32,000 bases of DNA from positions 1 through 32,000 of the forward strand of contig JAIDOW010000068.1 in assembly GCA_029063085.1 (NCBI GenBank), in the 5' to 3' direction. Made by a program: the position numbers and the translations under genes. Source of the stretch: Lachnospiraceae bacterium (lineage in GTDB: Bacteria > Bacillota > Clostridia > Lachnospirales > Lachnospiraceae). Each line of letters begins with the position of its first letter. Positions within the stretch are counted from its first letter, which is position 1. Shown piece after piece: positions 1 to 8,923 of the stretch. The notes under the pieces are model-generated. The model worked only from the letters and a program-made list of their open reading frames with translations, was not told the origin of the DNA and made no database searches.

Positions 1-776
1 TGTTACCATTCTCCTAACTACAATTCACACTTATTATATCAATTATACTGGGACTCTTTCATGCCTGCCGTTCGACATATTTCGACAAATAGTAACTAAA
101 TTCTATCCTGATGTCCCAACCTGTTATGTCTGCAATCTGTAACCCTTCACACTGTATTCTTTTGTCCCATTATTTAAGGTTGCCTGGCAGAACGCTTCTT
201 CCGCCTAAAGCCATTATACTTTTATGGTTCAATTCCCGGCAACGCCTGGGTCAGGTATTTTAGGTGTTCCTAAAGAATTAACTTTGGAATTCAATCTTCT
301 CTTACCATATACAAGTGGTTCCTTGTTTAACAGCTCATAACCTTGACTTTTAAATGAATTTTCATCATAATTTTTGTTTATATAGAAACTCTACTATATT
401 TACGTAGATTGGTATCATAACCATATCTTCTGAATCATTACTGCCTAATATATATGCTACATTATTAGACCCATCTTTAACATTATTCTTAATTAAATGG
501 AGAATAAATTACCATATTATTTCTTGGTGTCAGGTCTTGTCATTTTTATTTTTTACACTTATACCACCAATATATTTTAAATATTCTGCATTTTCTATCT
601 GACCAAAATCTCTTGATAACATTATATAAAGAACCTTTCAAAATCTCTCTAAAGTCCCAAATCCAATCTCAAACTGCAAAAATAGAGAGCCGGAAAATTT
701 TGAACCATTTCAACTGCCTGGCTTTTTCATCCAAAACTTTCCGACTCTTATTTCATTATCTTATACTAATCAGCTA

Positions 777-1379
777 TCATGACTGAATATCAATATCATA
801 TTCCTCCATATCCCCGGTTATCTCATACTGATATTTCACACCCTCCAGTTCAAAACTGCCACTGCATTTACCGTCTGCAAAATCCTCCGTTATATCAATT
901 TTTAAGAGATCATCACCAATTACCAGATAATTTTTACCCTCTTCACTGATTAAATGATATTCTTTTCCAGTATTGCTGCTTCCAAAAGAAATGCTGTTAT
1001 CTGCTTCATCATAAGCAGCCTCCGAAGCACCTTCCGGTAGTATGACCTCCAGGCTGTCTGCTCCTTCCTCTGCCTCAATCTCACCATGAATCACATCCCC
1101 ATTTTCATCTTTATACAGCGTGATGTCTTTCTCTACCTTTTCACCGTTCACATACATGGTGATCTTTCCAATCCAGGTATTACCGGTCGCTGCATAGCAG
1201 ATTCCGTTGGAAGCGACAAAGCAGACCGCTAAAACTGCCAGTACTGAAGCTGCATATCTGAAAATCTCTCTTTTTTTTATTTTACTCTGTTCCATTTTCA
1301 TATTCCTGACCTTTCCAAGCACTGCCTCAGGAATGTGTACTTCGTCCATTGTTTCCTTATAAAATTCTCTATTATTCAT
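777..1379 (-). CDS. Membrane-anchored anti-sigma-factor-like protein (partner of the upstream ECF sigma)
   Basis: A 200-aa ORF whose ATG overlaps the sigma gene stop by 8 nt (ATGAATAA). It has a short cytoplasmic N-terminus, one TM helix (FRYAASVLAVLAVCFVASNGI) and an extracytoplasmic C-terminal domain. The call rests on position and topology, not on a recognised family. Confidence 0.6.
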   Translation of the reverse strand: MNNREFYKETMDEVHIPEAVLGKVRNMKMEQSKIKKREIFRYAASVLAVLAVCFVASNGICYAATGNTWIGKITMYVNGEKVEKDITLYKDENGDVIHGEIEAEEGADSLEVILPEGASEAAYDEADNSISFGSSNTGKEYHLISEEGKNYLVIGDDLLKIDITEDFADGKCSGSFELEGVKYQYEITGDMEEYDIDIQS

Positions 1380-1878
1380 CCTGCCAATCCTCCTTCAGCA
1401 TTTGCTTTAATAAATTCCTTGCACGGACCAGTCGGGTTCTCACTGCCGTTTCCCCAATATGCAGTACTCCGGCTATCTCCTTTGAAGAATATCCCTCATA
1501 ATAAAATAAATGTACCACAACCCTGTATTTCATGGGCAGTTCCATGACCGCATAATATAAGTCACTTTTTTCTTCTGCCGTAAATACCGGTTCTGACGAT
1601 ATTTCATCGATGGAATCCACATTTTTTCTCCAGAACGACTTATGAATATCCTTACATGCATTGACAGCCACACGAATCAGCCATCTCCTTAAATGATCCT
1701 CGTCCCGGAAAGAAACCTCTTTTACCAGAAGCTTCACAAATGTATTTTGCACCACATCCTCTGCATCAAAACGGGATTTGGAATAGCTTAATGCCACCCG
1801 GTATATCGTATCTGCATACTGGTTCACAATTCTGTTGTATTCTGTATCACTCACAGCTCCATCTCCTGTTCCGTACAA
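1372..1878 (-). CDS. RNA polymerase sigma-70 family ECF sigma factor
   Basis: Region 2-like DAEDVVQNTFVKLL...RRWLIRVAVNACKD and region 4 HTH SSKEIAGVLHIGETAVRTRLVRARNLLK are present. The ORF-track start at 1878 is a TTG without an SD. A GTG at 1854, preceded by AGGAG(N8), is a likelier start (MSDTEYNRIV...). Confidence 0.85.
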   Translation of the reverse strand: MYGTGDGAVSDTEYNRIVNQYADTIYRVALSYSKSRFDAEDVVQNTFVKLLVKEVSFRDEDHLRRWLIRVAVNACKDIHKSFWRKNVDSIDEISSEPVFTAEEKSDLYYAVMELPMKYRVVVHLFYYEGYSSKEIAGVLHIGETAVRTRLVRARNLLKQMLKEDWQDE

Positions 1879-1965
1879 ATGTATTTTCAGTTACCACAAA
1901 AGGCCTTTCAATAGATGAACGACAGGATTTCCTAAAATGTGGCAGCAATTTTATAATTTCACTCC

Positions 1966-2112
1966 AAGTCAAATATCCCACAACAAGCTACAGGGCATGA
2001 TATAGATTATTTTTAGCAAGCCCGCTCCAAGAGACGGGATATTTAACCCTTGCGGCATACGTGAAATATCCATGCAAGCATGGCTATTTTCCTCATTGCT
2101 TGCAGGAATAAA
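1966..2112. repeat. Intergenic repeat, type B copy 2 (between dnaB and the ECF sigma gene)
   Basis: It aligns by eye along about 145 nt with 6400-6548. Shared blocks are GTCAAAT, GGGCATGA, TTTTTAGCAAG-hairpin-(G/A)TATTT(G/A)ACCCT, TGCAAGCA and AATAAAA. Confidence 0.6.
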
Positions 2113-2181
2113 AAAGAGCAGCATCTTTATGACTTTTGTAACAGCCATAAAATATGTGCCCTTCGTATACTTAATATATTG

Positions 2182-3525
2182 CTATTTTTTCCCTGCACGT
2201 TCTTTATTGCCAAACTTGGTATATTTTCCCAGCCATACAAGCTCTATAGGACCGGTAGAACCGTTTCTCTGCTTGGCAACGATAATATCTGCAATTCCCG
2301 GCTTGGTAGATTCCTTGTTATAATAATCATCCCTGTATATAAACATAATGACATCGGCATCCTGTTCAATCGCTCCCGACTCACGCAAATCCGACATGAC
2401 CGGCTTGTGGTCCTCACGGCTGTCCACTGCACGGTTCAACTGGGAAAGTGCAATCACAGGAACATTTAATTCCCTTGCCAGCTTTTTCAGGGAACGGCTG
2501 ATTTCGGAAATCTCCTGCTGACGGGATTCCGATCTCCCGCTGCCGTTCATCAGCTGAAGATAATCAATGATGATCAGACCGATATCCTGTGTCTGTTTTA
2601 ATTTACGGCATTTTGATCGAAGCTCTGCTATCGTAATACCCGGAGTATCATCAATAAACATCGGGGTTGAACCCACACGATAAGTGGAATCCATTAATTT
2701 ATCCCAATCAGAGTCTACCAGCTGTCCGGTACGGATTGCCTGAGAATCCACCATGGAATCCATGGCGATCAGACGGGTAGCCAGCTGCTCCTTGCTCATC
2801 TCCAGACTGAAAATGGCACATGGTACATTGGACTTCATCGCCGCGTTCTGTGCAATGTTAAGGGCAAATGCCGTCTTACCCATGGCAGGTCTTGCCGCAA
2901 TCAGAATCAGTTCCGAACCATGCAGACCAGTGAGTTTTTCATCCAGATCGATAAATCCGGTAGGAACTCCTGTTATCTTGCTTCCTCTCTTGGCTGATGC
3001 CTCAATGGTATCCAGCACATTCAGCACGATATCCTGCATAGGTACAAATTCATCCCCGCCGTTTCGTTTTTGCACAATATCAAAAAGCTCTTTTTCAGAA
3101 TCCTCCAGCAAATCTGCCACTTCACTTCTGCCGGCATAACAGGCTTCTGTTGTCTTCTCAGTAAACTTGATCATTTTACGGAGTACCGCTTTGTCCTGCA
3201 CAATCTGGGCATACTGCTTCGCATGTGTAGACGTAGGCACCACGGCAATAATATCCCCTACATACTCCATACTGCTGACAGATTCCGGTGCCCCCATTTC
3301 CTTCAGCTTATTGCTGACAGTCAGCAAATCCACAGGCTTTCCTTCATTATAAAGCGTTACCATTGCCTCAAATAAAAGCCCGTACTGGCTGTAATAGAAA
3401 TCCTCCTTTGTAAGGATATCTGCTACATCTGCAATCGCATCCCTGTCCATCAGCATAGAACCAATCACAGACTGCTCTGCCTCCACGCTATTCGGTTGTA
3501 TTCTCTTAATGACTGCCTCGTCCAT
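2182..3525 (-). CDS. dnaB: Replicative DNA helicase DnaB
   Basis: 447 aa. The N-terminus PNSVEAEQSVIGSMLMD, the Walker A GARPAMGKTAFALN, and IIDYLQLM and SQLNR motifs are present. It sits in the conserved gdpP-rplI-dnaB arrangement. Confidence 0.95.
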   Translation of the reverse strand: MDEAVIKRIQPNSVEAEQSVIGSMLMDRDAIADVADILTKEDFYYSQYGLLFEAMVTLYNEGKPVDLLTVSNKLKEMGAPESVSSMEYVGDIIAVVPTSTHAKQYAQIVQDKAVLRKMIKFTEKTTEACYAGRSEVADLLEDSEKELFDIVQKRNGGDEFVPMQDIVLNVLDTIEASAKRGSKITGVPTGFIDLDEKLTGLHGSELILIAARPAMGKTAFALNIAQNAAMKSNVPCAIFSLEMSKEQLATRLIAMDSMVDSQAIRTGQLVDSDWDKLMDSTYRVGSTPMFIDDTPGITIAELRSKCRKLKQTQDIGLIIIDYLQLMNGSGRSESRQQEISEISRSLKKLARELNVPVIALSQLNRAVDSREDHKPVMSDLRESGAIEQDADVIMFIYRDDYYNKESTKPGIADIIVAKQRNGSTGPIELVWLGKYTKFGNKERAGKK

Positions 3526-3551
3526 GCCTTATCCTGCCTTAAAGTAACATT

Positions 3552-3998
3552 TTACTGCCCGGCTACATTCACCTTAAGGGTTGTCGTAACCTGGGGATGC
3601 AGTTTTATCTTAACCTCATGTGTTCCTACTGCCTTAATGGCATCCTTGAGCTGTACCTTTTTCTTATCAACATCAAATCCCAGCTGCTTCTTTACCTCTT
3701 CTGCAATTTCTTTCGAGGAAACGGAACCAAACGCCTTGCCGCCTTCACCAACCTTAATGGGTATCGTAATCTCTGAACCTTCTATCTTTTTTCCCAGTTC
3801 TTTTGCTGCCGCCAGATTCTCTGCCGCAATCTTATCATCGTTTGCTTTTTTCAGCTTTAAGTCATTCAAGTTCTTACCTGTCGCCTCTAATGCCTGTTTC
3901 TTCTTTATCAGTACATTTCTTCCATAACCGTCATTTACCTTGACAACTTCACCTTTTTTTCCAACATTTTTAACATCCTCTAATAAAATTACTTCCAT
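3552..3998 (-). CDS. rplI: 50S ribosomal protein L9
   Basis: 148 aa beginning MEVILLEDVKNVGKKGEVVKVNDGYGRN, the typical L9 N-domain. It lies between gdpP and dnaB. Confidence 0.95.
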   Translation of the reverse strand: MEVILLEDVKNVGKKGEVVKVNDGYGRNVLIKKKQALEATGKNLNDLKLKKANDDKIAAENLAAAKELGKKIEGSEITIPIKVGEGGKAFGSVSSKEIAEEVKKQLGFDVDKKKVQLKDAIKAVGTHEVKIKLHPQVTTTLKVNVAGQ

Positions 3999-4057
3999 AC
4001 TTTATATCCGTCCTTTCTGTCATTATCGCCGACACAGAGCTGCTGACTATAAACTGC

Positions 4058-6133
4058 CTACATCTCCCCATCCGCCCGCATTCTTTCAAGCAGTTCGCGG
4101 ATCTGCTCTTTGGCTTCCTCTATGGTCAGGTCTTCCAACTGGGCACCTGCCACGGTTCCATGCCCGCCGCCGCCAAACTGCTCCATAATCACCTGAACAT
4201 TTACATCATCTATTGACCTTGCACTGATATACACCACATTACCAATCTTGGATAATACAAAAGATGCCCTTACATTATCTACATCCAGAAGCTCATTTGC
4301 CACCTTGGCTGCCAGCACTGTAGGACTGTCTACCCCCTCTGTGGGTACATCCGAAATCGCAAAATTATCCATAAACAACTCTGCACGTGCCACACCTTCC
4401 GATAACTGCTTATAGCTTTCCATATCTGTCCGGTATGCCTTGCGGACTCTCGTCATATCTGCACCGGATTTACGAAGAAAAGAAGCCGCTTCAAAGGTTC
4501 TGACACCTGTCTTTGTCACAAAATTATCTGTATCCACCAGAATACCCGCATACATCGCATCTGCTTCTGCCGGCCTTAACTTCGGTTTATCCATACTATA
4601 CTGTAAAATCTCTGCCACCATTTCACAGGCGGAAGAGGCATATGGTTCAATATAGGAAAGAATTGCATGTTCAATGATCTCTCCGCTCTGTCTGTGATGG
4701 TCAATCACCACAATATTTTTTGTATGGGCAAGAAGTTCCTCACACTCTGTATAAGTCGGTCGGTTCACATCCACTACAACCACCACCGTGTTAGGATCCA
4801 CTGCTTCTAATGCCTGTTCACTGTTAAAAAACATATCATCCGGATACACACTGCTTCCCATAAAACTATTCATGGCCGGGCGGATAGAACTGGTCACCTC
4901 ATTAATGACAATATGTGCCTTTTTGTCCATCATGGAAGCCAGACGGTAAATTCCCAGTGCTGCACCCAGACAGTCGATATCCGGTTTCTTATGACCCATA
5001 ATGATAACCCTGTCCTTTGTCACCAGCAATTCCTTTAATGCATGTGCTTTTACCCTCGCTTTTACACGGGTATTTTTCTCTGCCGACTGTGTCTTCCCTC
5101 CATAATAAATAATCTTATCTGCCTTTTTAATAACGGCCTGGTCACCGCCTCTTCCCAAAGCCAGATCCATTGCCATATGGGAATATTCATATGCTGTAGT
5201 ATAATTATCATGCTCCGGGTCAATACCTACCGCTATACTCAGGGTTACCGGAGTATCGTTTCCGATATTGATACTTCTCACTTCATCAAGCAGGGAAAAC
5301 TTTCCCTGTTGCAGCTGCTCCAAATGCTGCTGCTGACAGACAAAAATATACTTGTCTTTTTCCAGCTTCTTAATAATGGCATCAGCACTCTGCATATATT
5401 TTGTAATCTTTCTGTCAATCAATGCCACTAAAAGAGAGCGGCGGACTTCCTCTGTAGAATCCATTGCCTCTTCATAATTATCAATATAAATATGTCCTGC
5501 TACCAGCTTGATCTTCTCTTTTTCTTCTAATGCTTCAACCAGTTCCGTTTCATCATAAAGATAAATTGCAAATAACACATCATCTTCCTCTGCATCCCCG
5601 GCAAGCTCCCTGTTTAAAAGACTCTGTACTTCCACCTTACGAATCTCCACAAGGTAGTTCCGATCCGCCTGGAAAATGTGCACCGTTCTATGGTTTTCGT
5701 CCTCCGGTTCCATTTGAAACAATTCCAATGTAATATCCGTAAAAATATGCTGGATATGCTTACGCATATGCTGTTTATCACTTTTAACCGTATCATAAAA
5801 CGCCTTGTTGCTCCAAAGAACCCGCCCATTTATATCCACCAATGTATAAGGAATTGCCAGTTCCTTGATCAGCTCACTCTGAACAGAACCATGTGCAAAG
5901 CTAAATGCCACCAGATCGGACATGATATTCGGACGCTTTCTAAAATACAGATAACCTGCCGTTGCCAGATGTATTAAAACAAACGCTGTAACAATGATGC
6001 CGCTGGTAATATCTACACTATACACCACACCATTCATAACAAGTAATATGATTGTCATGTAAAATGGTATCTTTAAATATTTTTCAATTTCCTTTCGCAG
6101 TAAATTCTTCTCTTTCATAGCAGTCTCTTTCAT
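4058..6133 (-). CDS. gdpP: GdpP/YybT-type DHH/DHHA1 phosphodiesterase (c-di-AMP phosphodiesterase family)
   Basis: It has two N-terminal TM helices, a degenerate GGDEF segment (LGRGGDQAVIK), DHH motifs (HKKPDIDCLGAALG, VVDVNRP, VIDHHR) and the DHHA1 motif GGGGHGTVAGA. The ORF extends to a GTG at 6169. The ATG at 6133 follows AAGGTGG, and the ATG at 6118 is also possible. Confidence 0.85.
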   Translation of the reverse strand: MKETAMKEKNLLRKEIEKYLKIPFYMTIILLVMNGVVYSVDITSGIIVTAFVLIHLATAGYLYFRKRPNIMSDLVAFSFAHGSVQSELIKELAIPYTLVDINGRVLWSNKAFYDTVKSDKQHMRKHIQHIFTDITLELFQMEPEDENHRTVHIFQADRNYLVEIRKVEVQSLLNRELAGDAEEDDVLFAIYLYDETELVEALEEKEKIKLVAGHIYIDNYEEAMDSTEEVRRSLLVALIDRKITKYMQSADAIIKKLEKDKYIFVCQQQHLEQLQQGKFSLLDEVRSINIGNDTPVTLSIAVGIDPEHDNYTTAYEYSHMAMDLALGRGGDQAVIKKADKIIYYGGKTQSAEKNTRVKARVKAHALKELLVTKDRVIIMGHKKPDIDCLGAALGIYRLASMMDKKAHIVINEVTSSIRPAMNSFMGSSVYPDDMFFNSEQALEAVDPNTVVVVVDVNRPTYTECEELLAHTKNIVVIDHHRQSGEIIEHAILSYIEPYASSACEMVAEILQYSMDKPKLRPAEADAMYAGILVDTDNFVTKTGVRTFEAASFLRKSGADMTRVRKAYRTDMESYKQLSEGVARAELFMDNFAISDVPTEGVDSPTVLAAKVANELLDVDNVRASFVLSKIGNVVYISARSIDDVNVQVIMEQFGGGGHGTVAGAQLEDLTIEEAKEQIRELLERMRADGEM

Positions 6134-6399
6134 TATCCACCTTACTGTACTATTTATAACCGTCTGCACTATACAGACCTTCTTTTAACAAATATATTCA
6201 TACATCGTAACCAGTCCGATTATTCGTCGGATACTGTACTAGTATATCATTTTTTCATATTTCACACAACTCATTTATAATCTTCCCAACAACAAAGAAT
6301 AATTTTCTTTAATAATATATATTTTCCTATCATAATTATAATCACTAGCGTAACAATCAAATTTTTCATATGTACGGTTGTTTCGTAGCTATGACAAAA

Positions 6400-6548
6400 G
6401 CAGTCAAATCCCCCGCTGCAAGCAATGGGGCATGACCTAGCTTCTTTTTAGCAAGTTCGCCCCAGAGAGGCGGGGTATTTGACCCTCGTGGCAGTCGCCA
6501 AATACCTGCAAGCAGTCACTTGGCTCTTTGCTCGCGGAAATAAAACAA
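6400..6548. repeat. Intergenic repeat, type B copy 1 (between the TA pair and gdpP)
   Basis: It aligns with 1966-2112. It also contains the GCCAAGTG...TATTTGGCGACTGCCA module (gene-sense strand) shared with the type A repeats. Confidence 0.6.
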
Positions 6549-6733
6549 ATTGTACGTAAACTAAGAAGATATGAAATTAATATACAGGATAATCCAGAAG
6601 AAAATCTCAAGAAGAATTAAAAGAAAAATCGGAAGCATATGAAAAGGCAGAAAAGACTAAAGAATTATGCAAAAAGTGGATTATTAAATATGATAATTAC
6701 TTTAAAGTTATAAAAGATGATAGTGAAAATCCG

Positions 6734-7078
6734 TTAATCCCAATAATCGTCAGTTTCCTGTGTAGTGGTTCTTATACTAAACAATTTCCACATAAAATCT
6801 TCCCTCTCATTATAGATATCTGTTATTCTTACTACAGTATCTTCTATCCGATAGAAAACATAATTATGTTGTACATACAACATTCTATAATCACAAGGTA
6901 TTCCGATAAGCTTTTCTACAGATGGTCCTTTGTTTTCAAACTGTTGTAAATCCCGAAATGACTTCGTCATTTCATGGATTACAGCTTTAGCCTTTTTCTC
7001 GCCATATCTGGCAGCAATATTCCGCTTTATTTCGTGCAATTTTTCAATAGCATCCGGAGAATATTGTAATTTCTTCAA
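6734..7078 (-). CDS. Type II toxin, RelE/ParE superfamily
   Basis: 114 aa. It overlaps the upstream antitoxin ORF by 4 nt. The ParE-like pattern ...YRMLYVQHNYVFYRIEDTVVRITDIYNERED... is present. Confidence 0.7.
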   Translation of the reverse strand: MKKLQYSPDAIEKLHEIKRNIAARYGEKKAKAVIHEMTKSFRDLQQFENKGPSVEKLIGIPCDYRMLYVQHNYVFYRIEDTVVRITDIYNEREDFMWKLFSIRTTTQETDDYWD

Positions 7079-7344
7079 TCAAATACCCCCAATTCTTTTT
7101 CTACATCATCTGCTGAAACCCAACCTTCCTTATCTGCACGTTCTTCTACTTTTTTTAGCTTGGAAAACAACGTATAAGCTGCCCGATAATGGTCAAGCTC
7201 ATCAATTTCTGCCATAGTAAGAATCCCATATTCACCATGGCCATTTCGTGTAAGATAAACTCTATTTGATGCATCTACCTGTTTTAACACTTCTGTATAA
7301 TTCCTTAAATCTGATATTGGTTTAATATTGGGCATATCAATCAA
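7075..7344 (-). CDS. Type II antitoxin, Phd/YefM family
   Basis: 89 aa. The N-terminus IKPISDLRNYTEVLKQVDASNRVYLTRNGHGEYGILTMAEIDEL is typical of the Phd/YefM fold. It lies first in a two-gene overlapping cassette. Confidence 0.7.
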   Translation of the reverse strand: MIDMPNIKPISDLRNYTEVLKQVDASNRVYLTRNGHGEYGILTMAEIDELDHYRAAYTLFSKLKKVEERADKEGWVSADDVEKELGVFD

Positions 7345-7529
7345 CTCCTTTGGTTACATTATATACGATATATTATACCCCCGCAAGTAAATTCACATGC
7401 AAATTTGTCAACAAAAACTTTATTTACTCTATTTTAGTCATAAGGCAAATTTTGTTTTTTATTTGCATTTTAGTATGAACTCCTTATCTGTGTTTCCATT
7501 ATGAATAGAAAGTTTCCCCACAGCCTGTT

Positions 7530-8312
7530 CTATGCGTATATGTCAAATTCCGTCTGCTGCATGGGCATCCCGTATTCATAGATGACCACCTTTTCATCCC
7601 AATCCATCTCATAGGCAGGGAGCCTGGCAATCCCGTAAATATTAAAACGTTTCCGTTTCATATACGTTCTGTATTCTTCCTTGGGATAATACATCATTAC
7701 AAATACACGGCGGGGATGTTCTTCTACGCTCTTAAGAACATTTTCCATAACCTGTTCAAATATATTAATCTCAAAAGGATTGAAAAAATAAAAAACATTA
7801 TCTTCCGGTTTGATTACATATTCCTCTGCTTTCCCGTTGATTATCTCTATTTTTTCACTACTGCCCCGGAATCTGGTATTAAAATAGGCCCGGTTATCCA
7901 GTGCCATCTCATATAGCTCCTCATCTACCTCTATTCCACATACCTCACACTGAAACCTCTGATTTACATAAAACAACACCCTGCCTTTCCCGCAGCCAAA
8001 ATCCACAAGGCGGTCGTACTTACTCAGAACATCTTCCATTTCATCAAAAGCACAAATGAGCCCACTATAGCTGGTAGGCTCATATCTGTAATAATCATCG
8101 TGAAACCGGTTATTATACACGATCTCCGTGCTCTCAATCCCCAGGAAACGCTCAAATTTATCATTTTCAAAATATTTTGGTATCTGCCCTTTTTTCTTTC
8201 TCACTGCTATGGCATCTCCTTTTACCCACACTATAACCTGCAACTCGGAAACCATTCTTCTATCACATAAAGATAACCTGTAATCCGTCGGCCACGGCCT
8301 GTTCTGGCTCAC
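7530..8312 (-). CDS. Class I SAM-dependent methyltransferase
   Basis: The SAM-binding motif I LVDFGCGKGRVLFY is followed by an acidic residue at the end of strand 2 (GIEVD). Its GTG start overlaps the TGA of the DUF1934 gene (GTGA). An internal ATG start is also possible. Confidence 0.7.
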   Translation of the reverse strand: MSQNRPWPTDYRLSLCDRRMVSELQVIVWVKGDAIAVRKKKGQIPKYFENDKFERFLGIESTEIVYNNRFHDDYYRYEPTSYSGLICAFDEMEDVLSKYDRLVDFGCGKGRVLFYVNQRFQCEVCGIEVDEELYEMALDNRAYFNTRFRGSSEKIEIINGKAEEYVIKPEDNVFYFFNPFEINIFEQVMENVLKSVEEHPRRVFVMMYYPKEEYRTYMKRKRFNIYGIARLPAYEMDWDEKVVIYEYGMPMQQTEFDIYA

Positions 8313-8725
8313 CTTGCCTGCACCTTAAAATGAACCTCACACTCCGAAACAAAATTATAATTAATATCTAATGTATACTGAATGTTTACCTGTATTTCCT
8401 CTTCCTTTTCCACAAGGGATAACCCATGAGTCGCCACATCAATCTGTATCGGACCCGCCACGGTATTGTAAACAGTAGAGTTCTTACGGTCAATGTCAAA
8501 TAAAAGAAAAGAATTGTTCCCGCCTTTTTTGGTCATCTCAAAATGCCCGTCACAAAATTTTACAAGGTTCCTTGTAACAGGACCATTATCTTCCGGCTGT
8601 TCCTCATATAATACATAATGCTTTCCATTTTTTAAATAGTAAGTGCCCGTTGTAACCAATTCAATGGGCTCATCTTCTATATCGAACTGCATACCTGACA
8701 CTGTAATTAAAACATCCTTTGTCAT
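8309..8725 (-). CDS. DUF1934 (YwiB-like beta-barrel) protein
   Basis: 138 aa with the pattern typical of YwiB/DUF1934: ...YYLKNGKHYVLYEE...VTRNLVKF..GHFEMTKKG....LLFD......YNT..GPI. Confidence 0.7.
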   Translation of the reverse strand: MTKDVLITVSGMQFDIEDEPIELVTTGTYYLKNGKHYVLYEEQPEDNGPVTRNLVKFCDGHFEMTKKGGNNSFLLFDIDRKNSTVYNTVAGPIQIDVATHGLSLVEKEEEIQVNIQYTLDINYNFVSECEVHFKVQAR

Positions 8726-8740
8726 ATTTTGACCTCTCTA

Positions 8741-8845
8741 ACCAGTTTTGCTTTGCAAACTTTGTTTGCTGCGATAGTCTCCAAATGTATATACAAATAT
8801 CTACGCTTGGCTTATTATTCACACAAATTGATTGCCTTGCCCGTA
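8741..8845. repeat. Intergenic repeat, type A copy 1 (abuts the RBS of the DUF1934 gene)
   Basis: It aligns with 9751-9850 at roughly 87% identity over about 86 columns (by-eye count), plus a 9-nt indel. It also aligns with 29815-29896. Confidence 0.8.
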
Positions 8846-8923
8846 CATTTTTTATAACCAATTGCGAAACTATTTCATGCACATTATACCTTTTAAATAA
8901 ACAGATGTTAATAATCCTTAAAA

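Noticed and set aside
1879-2181. A possible replication-origin or DnaA-box cluster near dnaB. Isolated TTATCCAC-like strings occur at about 6134 and 8938.
   Set aside because: Only single partial matches exist, one of which is the complement of an RBS. There is no clustered array or AT-rich unwinding element, and dnaB is not an oriC marker.
2072-3375. Several 60-130-aa plus-strand ORFs lie inside dnaB. Similar antisense ORFs occur inside gdpP, metG, the adaptor gene, the GH13 gene and the PTS gene.
   Set aside because: They are shadow ORFs opposite long, well-supported genes, with low-complexity or hydrophobic junk translations and no RBS.
6545-6733. A plus-strand reading KQIVRKLRRYEINIQDNPEENLKK / EELKEKSEAYEKAEKTKELCKKWIIKYDNYFKVIKDD that runs on antisense into the toxin gene.
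   Set aside because: It has no start codon or RBS, is frameshifted, and overlaps the ParE-like gene on the other strand. At best it is debris and not a callable gene.
7345-7529. TTGACA and TATAAT hexamers upstream of the antitoxin gene might form a promoter.
   Set aside because: The two hexamers are 28 nt apart. An alternative TTGCAT-19 nt-TATAAT pairing is sub-optimal. I could not define a convincing promoter by eye.
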